Shown here piece by piece: positions 12,901 to 24,900 of a stretch of 64,000 bases of DNA (position 1 is its first letter; the number at the start of each line of letters is the position of its first letter). The stretch is from Phoronis australis (taxonomy: Eukaryota; Animalia; Phoronida): contig NMRA01000041.1 in NCBI GenBank assembly GCA_002633005.1, positions 935,294 through 999,293 on the forward strand, read 5' to 3'. Both the position numbers and the translations under genes were made by a program. The notes under the pieces were generated by a model. That model was not told the origin of the DNA. It saw only the letters and a list, made by a program, of their open reading frames with translations, and ran no database searches.

Positions 12901-15900
12901 GGTGACAAGCCAGGTGAAGATGACAGTGCAGTGGTATGAGTGGTACTTAGTGAATCAGTGCCAGTGCTGTGCAGGGATGTATCTCTAGTACCTGAACTTG
13001 ATAGTGGCACTACAACACCAGACAATGACGACACTACAAGGCTGGTATCCAGAACAGACGAACTGATGAGCGTCAGTGGACTAGTCACGGTACTTGAAGC
13101 ACTAAGAGCTGTCAAGGTTGGACTGCTGTCTATCAGGTCCCCTGATGAGGAAGCCGACGGAGCCACTGTGCTAGCAATACCCATGGTACTTGAGGAGTCA
13201 ACACTCCCTGTATATAATTCACCACTTGTGACAACATCACTTACAGTGAAAGTTGGCAGGTTGTCGCTAGCGGTAACCAACTCACGGACAGAACTAGTCA
13301 AGTTCAATACCACACCAGTACCAACCACACTAGAAACAGTGCTAGAACTACTAGACTCCACCAACACCGCACTAGTGCTACTCGCTACATCCGTGCTTCT
13401 TGCAGTGGTCAGTTCCACTCTAGTTTTACTAGTCGTGCTAGTCAAATCCACCACATCAAAACTGCTAGTCACAACGCTAGGCCTTCCCACGCTACTAGTC
13501 AAGTCCACACTAACTTGGTTAGTCAAACTTGAATTCAACACCACACTAAAGCCACTAGTACCACTGGAAGAGCTGCTGCTGCTGCTGCTAGTCATAGCCA
13601 CGCTTGAAAAGCTTTCAATGCTTGGCCTCGAGCTAGAAATGGATGTGACCTGTATAGTAGAGCTAGAGGTCAAGTTCACCACTGAGGCTGTGGGGGTCAA
13701 ATCAACAGTTGACACTGAGGAGGTCAAATCCACAGTTGACCCTGTGGAGGTCAAATCCACTCTTGGCACTGTGGGAGTTAAATTCACAGTTGACCCTGAG
13801 GTCAAATCTACAGTTGACCTTGTGGAGGTCAAATCCACAGGTAACTCTGTGAGGGTCAGGTCGACCGATTTTGTAAAGGTCGATTCTGTTGACAACCCTG
13901 AGGAGGTCAAATCTACGTATGACCTACTAAGGGTCAAAGCTACCGTGGAGGTCAATTTAACAGTTGAGGTCAAATCAGTGACTGAACTCAAAACTTGTGA
14001 AGCCAGAGAGACAGTGATTGAGGTCACATCAACAGTTCTCGAGGGTGATGAAGCGAGTCCCTGGCTAAAGCTGTTCACAACGTGGCTAGTAACAGGCATG
14101 CTAGCTGGGAGAGTGAAGCTTGTCTCACTAGGTGTCACTGGCGAGCTGGTCGTGGTGGTGTTCAGGTTGATTTCACAGAGTGAACCACCGAACCAAGCTG
14201 GACAGTTACAGGTGAACGTGTTTGTCCCATCAATACAAGTTCCTCCATTTTGACAGCGTGGTTCAGGGTTGCAGTCATCGTAAAACTGACAACGATCACC
14301 ATAGTACAAGCCACCTCGACAAAGGCACCTAGAAAATTAAACAGAAATATTGAATAAAACATTGTTTTAAATAACTTCCACATAATTTCTGTTCTAAGTT
14401 ACCCTTAGAAGTTTCAAACTGGATGACATGAACTGATTTAAACACAACTGCAAATTTGTAAATCCCAACAGCACCAGTAATTGCTCTGACTATTTACAAC
14501 ATTTAATTACTACCAATAGTGAAGACAATTGCATTTACACAGACTAAACAATCAAAGTCAATTTTCACTTTTCTCTTATTTCAATAACAAGTGAATTTCA
14601 GCAACTAAAAACTAAGTACATTTCAGGAATACTTAACATCTTTCACAAGAAAATATTAATCTAGTAAAACTCACTCAAAGCCAGCTCCTGGCGCCATCTG
14701 CCTGCACAACCCCTCGTTCAGACAAGGGTTTGGCTCACACTCATTGATATCACTCTCGCAATGTCGACCAGTCCAACCTGAAAAACAGCAAAACCAGTAA
14801 AACAGACTGAGTGTACAATAATTAAAACATGAGAAAATAATAAATAAAATACAGAATAAAATTATGCTTTATTTGTAGCAAGACGCTTGGTTCCTGTCTT
14901 CAACACACTAGAGGCCTCACTCTGATCACATAGATGCCATAAATGACCAAAATTAGTAACAGGTTTTATTGCATTACATTCAAAGCATGAGATGATACCG
15001 CGGGAAACATTTCTTAGAACATTAAAACAGCTACATTATGGAAGATGGAAACATGAAAAACTTTCAAAACGAATGCCAAATCTTTAATAATTTCTGGTGT
15101 TGCAACATGGGTGGCGTGTGCGTATCAATATATTCAATACTTCATCAATATCAACACTTCTAAAGTATATGCAAGGTATATCAATGGTATATCAATATCA
15201 ATACTTCTAAGGTATATCAAAATCAACACTTCTACTAATAAACTTAGGTATATCATTACCTTTCTGTAATCGTTGTTCATACTTAGTTACCACCCCTTTC
15301 TCCAAAAATGAAAAAATTTAAACAGCTTTGAGCAACAGCAGAACAAAATGATTTCTACTCATTATAACTGCCAGATAAGCCTTTCATTATTTGTTCTGCA
15401 AGTACCACTTGACTTAATATTTGATCAGTGCTCCTTACGTTTCTGCGAGTTGCTAAAGCATTGCTAGGACAGTGTGGAAAGCTTGATATGTGATAAATCA
15501 TGGTACAATACATTGAGGATAGGCTTGAAGGTAATGATCAGTCTTTGTGAGTACAACTCACATTTCACCAAATAACGTTTGGATAAATAATCGATGGTTA
15601 AATAAATAAATGTTTAAGTTTATCTATACCAAAATACCTGAATCAGATGTATTATAATATGAAACAGTATATTCATTAATTGGAAGAACGTTTCTGATAA
15701 TGGCACTTTTGAATACCAATTCATCGTCACTGCATGGACAGTTTTGGCTGAAAAATTCTTCACTTGCCCTATGTAGCAGAGGGAGAACTCAGACATCAAA
15801 AATCAAAACTTAATCACTTTACAAGACGGACCTTAAAATAACTTTGTCGATGTCACTACAAAAACTTAGTCATCACGAATGTCTTTCACTTCTACTGAAC

Positions 15901-18900
15901 AACACCGGGCATTAGCCATCAGTTCACCTGACAACTTTACTTACCTGGCAGACACAAACAGGTGTAGTTATTAATGCCATCCTGACAGGTGGAGAGAGAC
16001 TGGCAGAGATTTGGTGAACAGTCATCAATATCGGTCTCACACAATAGGCCTGTAAACCCAGGTAGACAGCTGTGGACAGAAAAAGAAATGGGGTCAATAA
16101 ACAAAGGAACGTCATTCATATTAAGTAAAAGAACATCAACCACAAACAAAGGAACATCATTCATATTAAGTAAAAGAACATCAATCACAAAGAAAGAAAT
16201 TATTGATGTTGATTTATTTTGACAGTTGGGATCAAAGCTACGACAGCTAGATATTCTATCGATAATGTTATATCACAAACTGTTCAAGATTTGTACTGAG
16301 AAGTGGAGTTTCAACTGTGTTTCAAAATGTATGTGAGCATTCAGAGTCACATAGAAGTTTTTATAGCCTTTTTTGCTTGTGCACCCAAATTTCACACCTT
16401 CCTCAAAAATTACCTGTCACTGTGAAGTATGTATCACACTAGAAGGCTGACAGTGAAACATTTTCAAAGAAGGCAAAACATGGAATTGAACACAACTTGA
16501 ACTTTATCATCTTTGGCCAGTTATACTTTTGGCTAGTAGTTGAGCAGAAAACTCTACCTGCAGTTGAACTTGTTGCCGGGCCCATCCTGACAAACTCCAC
16601 CATTTTGACACTGGGAGACATTCCCAGACTGACAGACACTGACGTCAATGTCACAGAAAACACCTGAAAACCCAAAGATTAGGGATGTGTACAAAACCTT
16701 TCTACAAGTATTAAAAGTACTGATGAACACACTGTATTAAAATCATGTATTCAATAATTAACTCAACTTCTACCTTCTTTGAAATACAGTATTACGTTAA
16801 AGAAGTTGACTTTGTCTAAAATTCCCATTTGTTAGGAAATTCCTAGAATCCAAGAACAGGGTGGAATGTCAATTTTCAGTTAAAAATTGTGCTTCAAAGC
16901 TATGATCAAACATTTCCGTGCAAAAATTACTAAACATTTATTAATACAGTTAAAAAAAGGTACTTCAAAACCTTACCCGAGTACCCGTCCAGACAGGTGC
17001 ATTTGAACCCATTCACCTGGTCATCACATGTACCTCCATTATGACAGGGTGATGACGAGCACTCGTCTACATTGACCTCACAGTGTTGACCAGTCCAGCC
17101 TGGGTCACACACACACTGATAGGTGGCAACAAGGTCTGTACAACTGCAGTTTGCAAGGGAAATAAGATTGCTCAACAAAAAACAAAACAAGAGCAACACA
17201 GAACGTTGAAATGTGCCCACGAATGCATGGCAAATGGTGTGCTTTTAGGGTTGTTTATTTCTGTCATAATAATGGCCACTAGATGGCGTAAAAACATACA
17301 ATCCATCCAAAAAGGGGAATATGTCATTGCCTCTTAAATAGAAAGCTATACACAAAATTTCATAGAAATCCATCATGGAACTTCAGAGCAACAAATGAAA
17401 ACAATAAAATGAAATTGGCACTAGGGGGCACACTGTTCATTGGATCCGCCTGAAAGTCGTCATTGTCTGTTGTTAGCGTCATATAAAAACACTTAAAAAT
17501 TAATTTTAATAAAGATCCTGCAGTGGGTTTAGGAGATACAGATGCCTGTATTCAAAATTTTAGGAAAATCCGTTGAGGACCTTTGAAGATACAGAGGTAA
17601 ACGTAAAACTAAAATTGCCACCAGTGGGCACAACAGTAGTCAGATTCATCTGTGAAAGTCGTCATCGTCTGTTGTCAACATCATATAAACACACTTCTTA
17701 AATTTATTAAAGATCGCACAAACGTGTTAGGAGATAGAGCCATGGGCACAAAAAACGAAACTGCCACAAGGAGGCACCACAGTAGTCAAAGTCATCAGAA
17801 AATCATCGTCACCCGTCCACTTCATAGTAAAAATATACATGCCAATCTTCACTATTATCCTGAAAGCGGTTTGGTTGATAGAGGGGTGGACGCCAAAAAA
17901 CAGACTCAAAAACAGTAAAAATGGCCACCAGGTGACGCAAACTAGGTCGAATCCATCTAAAAACGGAAAGATAATGTCACCTTACTAACAGAAGCCTATA
18001 CACAAAATTTTATGAAAATACATAGAGGACCTTTGAAGATACTGAGGTAAATGTAAAAAATAAAATTGCCACTAGGTGGCACACCAGTAGTCAGATTTGT
18101 CCGAAAGTTGTTGTAGTCCGTTGCCATCATCATATAAATGCACTTACTAAATATAGTAAAGATCCTGCAAACGGTTTAGGAAATATAGCTATAGACGCAA
18201 AAAAACAAAACTGCCACTAGGGGGCGCCACAGTAGTCAAAGTCTTCGGAAAATCACCGTCAACCGTTCTCTTCATAGTAAGAACATACATGCCAATTTTC
18301 ACAATCATACTTAGAGCGGTTTGGTTGATAGAGGGGTGGATGCCAAAAAACAGACGCGAAAACGGTAAAAATGGCCACTAGGTGGCGCAAACTACCACTA
18401 GAGGGCATGGCGAATCAGTCAAAAACTAGTCATCCGTTGTCATTTGCACCAATTTAAGACACAATGTTTAATATGACCAAGAAAAACAATTAAATGCTTT
18501 TCCATGTTCAAGTTTTGTACCACTGACAGCTACCATAAGACAAAGTTTTGAAAAACGGTGAGCATTCCCAGCAATAATATTAGAAGCCCTTGACAAATGA
18601 GAAAAGGGCAATTCTGACAAGACATTTAGTTCGAAATCAGTGACATTTTATCCCAAGTAACAAGGGCCACCCAACAACTTACTTTCCATTGGCACATGGC
18701 TGTGAAGCACAGTCATCAATGTTTTCTTCACAATTGACACCAGAAAACCCTATTGGACACTGACAGAAATAGGTGTTAACTTGGTCCAGACACGAGGCTC
18801 CATTCTGGCAGGGACCTGAGGTACATTCATTGATATCCACAGAACAGTTGATACCTACAAATGGGTAAACAAAGATGATGAGGAAGCTACTGATATTTAG

Positions 18901-21900
18901 TCTAGTCACAAAAAACGTAGAGAAATGGTACAAAGCAATGTTGAAAATGTCCAATCCATTCTTTAAAATTTTTTGAACAAAAGAGTTAGGCCATTAATGC
19001 CCCCAAAGAGCAATCTACCCAAAGGAGGCTGAAACTGAATATTAACAAAAAGTAAGTATTAACTAAATTCATTACCTCAACCACAAAATCACAAGACTAA
19101 GCATGAGATACTGTGGAAAATGACTTATCAATTGTATATGACAATTTTCACCAAATGCCTTGCTTTGTAAAGTACCACAAATCCTCTGGGCGAAGTTGCC
19201 TTTTTGAAAGGTTTCAAAAACTATGTTTTCAGGTATCCACATGAAGTAATACAACTCACCTGTATACCCCGGTACACACTGACACCTGTAGGAGCCCACA
19301 GAGTTAAGGCATGCTGCTCCATTCTGACATGGTGACAACTGGCATTCATCGATATCCAAGGAACAATTGACGCCATGGTAACCGCGGGCACACTGACAAG
19401 TATACCTTTAATACACCACAAATCAAACTTAAGAAAAGCGTCCATAGTAAACAAAAAGTGAGGGAACAAAACTGACTCTCGATTGATACTCTGGTTGACA
19501 AGACAGGCTAGGTACACTAAGACCGACAAGACAGGTAGAGTTGATGAAGAGAAAAATGTACTGTAAACTGTCACCACTTATGGATAAAAATAATTGCCAG
19601 AATTGCACTCTTTTCATGCTTCAAGGTCACCCAACGTTGTTGTAAATGCCCACAAAATTTCAAAATAATGTTGTTAGCTACTGTAAGGTATAGAATTTGG
19701 ATATGGTAAACCATCATTCTGATAATGTATAAAAATAATAAAATACTACTTCACTGCTCAGCCATATTGAACGAATTGTTGGAACATTTCCCAACATGAT
19801 CGCAAGGAAATAAAATGTTGAGAAATCTCACAACCTTAAGTCCCCATCCAAATCACAAGAGAACTCCAGGTGGTGCTGAATGCATGTCCACCATATACTA
19901 TGTAGTCATTCCCTTTTATAAGGAAAACTGAAGACTTTGACCACGAGGAACCTATGCTGGGGGTCCACATGAGTTATAACCAGAACAGTGCAACGGACGC
20001 CTTGTAGAAAATGTCTGGTGCACCGCAAAGGCCAAAAGCCTACCTTTTTGACAAACCTCATGCAAATTTCAGCAATGCAGAAATAAGTTAGCCCTGTGAC
20101 ACCACGGGATATGGGATAAAAAATTCATTTTGCTTATTATCAAGCAAAAAGTATACTATATGACAGTTTATTTTGGAAGCCAGTCATAAAGATTATTGGA
20201 ATAATAAATAATTTCATAATAAATAACCTTATCTAGGTACTTTCATAAACAAGCTAAAGGTTGCAAAAATAAGTTTTCATTTGGATATAATACATCAGCA
20301 CAATCCAAGATCTAATGGTTTACAACCTCAGGAGACAGGAAAAGGCCAAGAGGATATACACCATGGCAGGACAGGTCAATCCAATTACATATCATGTGAC
20401 TGGTCATCAAGTTCAGATAATAAGTCACAGTGTGCACTTGGAGAATTGACAGCAGGAGCTGCAGGACCCTAACAGAATACTAGGTTGAAGGTGTTTGAAG
20501 CGGAGTCTACCAATAGCATGAAAAACAAAAGAGCACAGGTAAGGGGCTAGTGTGATCCCCTAACAGAGTACACTGAGGAATTTGGAAATGGCTTGCTACT
20601 GCATTGGATTAGTGGAAAAATTATAAGTAGAATAGAAAATATTTTCAGGAACACAATTGTTTTAGAGCAAAACAATTTTTTTTTGGAATTATTGATTGGA
20701 AAAGACTTTGTGACGACTTGGATTAAGCTTCGCTAGATAAGAGTCATTATATTAGAATGAGGCTGTGAGTTCAAATTCACCTTGGGGCAATGTCAAAAAG
20801 CAAAATTTTTGCCCACTGTGTTACTTTGAAGAAACACGAAACAATAATTATAAGAAGTTGTAGGCATCCATAATGACGAGATAAGTCTTTAAAAATTAAA
20901 AATTTTGGCAATTATTTTCGTACAATATCGGTGACATTTTAATGTGGTGCGATGAAAAACAACAATCACAGAAGGTAATATCTTGACTAGGGCTAATCAT
21001 TCACATGAAGTAATTATGGTGATTACTATAATCCAAAGAACAGAATGATGGGGCTTACTTATGATGGACTTATTTTTGGTTGAAGTTGAAAGTAAACAGC
21101 TGTGACTGTCGTTCTCATAGTGCCCTCCCCTCCCAGCATGCAAGCTCATTTTAAGTGTGTTCTTAACACTACAGGGAGATGCAGAATAACAAGGACATGA
21201 ATATTCAAGTAGATTAATTTTTGTGAACTCATTAGCTGAAGCATTCACTTGGCTGATTAACTGGTATTTCAGTCAATATATGATGTCATTATGTCAAAAA
21301 CTGAGATTACAAGATTGCAGACAATTTGATTTGTTATTAGTGAAAGGTAAAAAGAGGCAAAGTAAGACCGTTTACTTTTCCCAAAATATGTCAAGGGAAT
21401 TCAATTTGGTTAGTGCTAACACACCGAACAAATATTTTCCTTCCATTCTTTTGGTTTATTCCATGACACAAATGAGTGAAGAGTGCTCCAAGAGCCCCTC
21501 CGCTCTGTATTGGCTAGATTTGAACCCGATAACTGTAGTCATTCCTGAGGCATATTTCGAATTATGCAAAGCAGGTGACATATTTGTAAGGGTTACTAAA
21601 TTCTATTTTGAAATCTTTCTGTTTCAGATCTTTCATCTGGCATTAGCTGTGTGGCTGCTACTGAACACAGGTAATTTAACCTTCGACTCAAAGAGAACCA
21701 TTGCCTTTTTGAAGGTGTTTTTGGTCAATGTAACAAGGGATTTTGAACCTTTTATGAAGATGAATAAAAATAAGACTGCCTAAAGGCGGAAGAGTGATGC
21801 ATCGACATGTCAGCCAATCCGAGTATGCTTTTGCTCTCACTTGTACATTCTTTAAACTGTGCTCAATGGCCAAGACGCAATATTCGGCATATAATAATTG

Positions 21901-24900
21901 ACTTGACCAATGATGCAGAAAACTTTAAGAACACTTAGTGTGATACACCACATTCAGCAAAAATCGTAAGGAAGTGGGTGATTAGGCGAGACTTCTGTCG
22001 CATGTGAAACACAGCAAAGTTTGTACAGAGCACTCAATGTTGTAGTTAAAACTGGATACAATTAGATAGTAATTATAGAAACAGTTTGAGAAGTAGGTAA
22101 TTGATTCAGGACAACTCCTGAGGTGGTCACAATAATGGCCTGCTGTAGCAACAGACAACATTCTCACTAAAACAGAAAATCACCATAACGACTCACGTAA
22201 CGGGATCACATGACCCTTCATTGATTGCATGCTCTGGTGACAAAATTGAGGGAACAAAGGTAATGAGCTTTTTTGTACTCCAATAAGGGCAACATGTCCC
22301 AGTTGGTGTTGGGTTACGTAATAACTGTCTACATGACTGAGACTACCACAGTAGTGATTAAGCGATCAGACCCATAGTGCTTGCATTATGCAACTTGCTC
22401 ACAGCATTACACTTGCTGTTTGAATTGATATTTACTTTAATAAAAATAGATGAAAAAGGTTCAAATACCTTTCAGAGTACTGAAATATGGCAAACTGACC
22501 AAAATTATTTCAGAAACAACATTCCCCTTCAATGTTTTCCAAACATGGCGTTGTACCATGTTTGGAAACCTTGAGTCACATTTAAAGACAAATGATTGAA
22601 ACAGTGTTGCGTATTGGTACTTACTTTTATTATTTTGCAGTGAAAATGATAGTGAAATACTAGTGAAATGATAGTGAAATGATAGTGAAATGATAGTGAA
22701 ATGATAGTGAAATGCACAGCAAGTGAATATAATATGTAACTGACAGTGGTTTTATTATGAGTTAACAAAAAGGAAATTAGGATACAAAACATAACGAGGA
22801 ATTGCGCACAGCATTTTTTGCTCAAGGTCAGCTCTGCCCTTCAGGGTCAAAATTTTTAAGCAAACTTCTTATCTGGGTTAAGTGACCATGTATTTATAAC
22901 TAATGAAGCAAACAGGAAGGTTACATTAAAAAAACATGATCATCAATAACACGACTAACTTTCCAATATTGAGAACAATTTATATTATTTTTCAGTTATC
23001 AATACTTTAGCTGTAAAGTGATATTAAATTTTGTCATAGCAGGTCAGAATTTTGATATCATTATTGACAGCATTTTTTAGAGCGGTGCACGAGTCAATCT
23101 ATGTGAATGATCATTTGAAACTAATCGGATATACCTAAGAACAGTACGCTTTGAAGTAAAAAACCATTCATATTTTTCCACAGCTATTCAAGACTCTAAT
23201 TAGCCAGTTGGCATTAAGACAAGCATGAACTAGTCAGAACAAATATTCATCTCATGCTAAATTCCAGAATTGTGTTTTAATTACCTAAAAAGTTTAGAGA
23301 AGAGAAGGGTCACATCTCTGAAGAATAAGTGTAAACAAAAAAAATTTCATCCAGATGAGAGAATCTTTTAATTTTGTTCTATGTCTACTTTCATTGGTAA
23401 ATATTTCTTAAACCAAAATAGTAATGCAGGATCAGTGCATTGGAGATGGGGACATACACGAGCATGGTTCTGTAACCACAGCCCTACATATCTTCTAAAT
23501 CAAATTATCATGACAGGATTTGATTCATGCCTCCAGGATGGGACATCTAACCAGAGCTTTATCACCACAGAGCAAGTTTTAATCATGTCCAGCAGCCACA
23601 ATAATATCACACTTTGGCCTTAATCAAATAGCCATCCAAACTAGAAACGGGCATCTGCCTACCCATGTGGTCAAGTGATAAAGTCAATGATCTTATTTGG
23701 AACCTCCTGGTTTGTGTCCTTCCAACAAACAAAGTTCATGTCAATGGCAACTATCTAAACAAATTATATGTGGCTGTTTTTATATCTATATTTATAAACA
23801 ATTTTTACCACGTTTGGCAAATTATTATTTGAATACATTAAGGCAAAACGATTTTAAACAAATGAGATTTGGACTGTACATAAAACTGTGGATGCTTTTG
23901 TAGGAGTACCTCCATCCAAACTGTTATCTTTTGGTTTGTGTGAATTTTGTATAAAAGCACCCTTTAGGACAAAAAGAACATGAAATATCTAAGAGGTCAT
24001 GAAATTGAATTCATCACTAACTCATTCTGTCAATTGCTATCACAACTTTGTTTACCTAACTGTATTGTATGCCAAGGTAGCTAAAGTAAATCTCCATCAC
24101 AGAATACATATAATCACTCTGCTAAACATAAGACTCATTGTTAAACAATGGCCTATCAATGATTAGAGATAGTTACTTAATATGCTTGATAGCCACCATA
24201 GTTATTACCAGTCCTCAAATAGGGCTACTACAGTTTGTGGAGAGGGTTACAGACACAGGTGAAACGCACATTAAATCAGCTTTAAAACGAGTTTGGGAAG
24301 TAAAACAAATCCGGCGATACGCACAAAATTAAATTATAGTAACAGCTGATTTCTGAAGTGCTACAACGCCCTCTGTGATTCTGGATTATTCATAAACAAT
24401 ATTCATCATACTGCTGTCATACCTGACACTATTTTATAGCAAAATTGGTTCCCTACTTTTCATTCTAAAGCCAATAAGGCGTTACTATAGTTGAGAGTTG
24501 TAATGTGGACAGTTTGGGCACGGCAAATCAGTCTTCAATTGAATTGTGTAAATGGCCCTACTTTTTGCAAAGTAGGTCAGTCGGGCAACGTGCTTTACTA
24601 CCTACGCAGAATTAAACTTGAGAAGTGGTAACTGAAAAATGCCTCTGAGATGGACTATATAGCTTGAACTTACGTCCTTCTCACCATTACATATACCATT
24701 TGAATTGTGAATATTTTAGTTGGCTCCAAATATTGTTACGTTCTTCTTTATAATCGTCACCTGTGACTTGAAACATCATTTTGATTGAGTTAATCAACCT
24801 GGTCACCGGTGATCATGGCTCTTCAGCAGTCTANACTTTTTTCATAGCTAAAGCGCCAAACTCAAGCTAAACGCAAGACAATCGAGTAACGGTCATGACA

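Noticed and set aside
12940-14253. 437-aa plus-strand ORF rich in Val/Leu/Glu
   Set aside because: Antisense shadow of the repetitive Ser/Thr EYS exon, with no domain, splice context or independent signal.
21223-21783. 186-aa plus-strand ORF
   Set aside because: Only 21628-21670 has splice signals and a sensible peptide; the rest looks like intron read-through.
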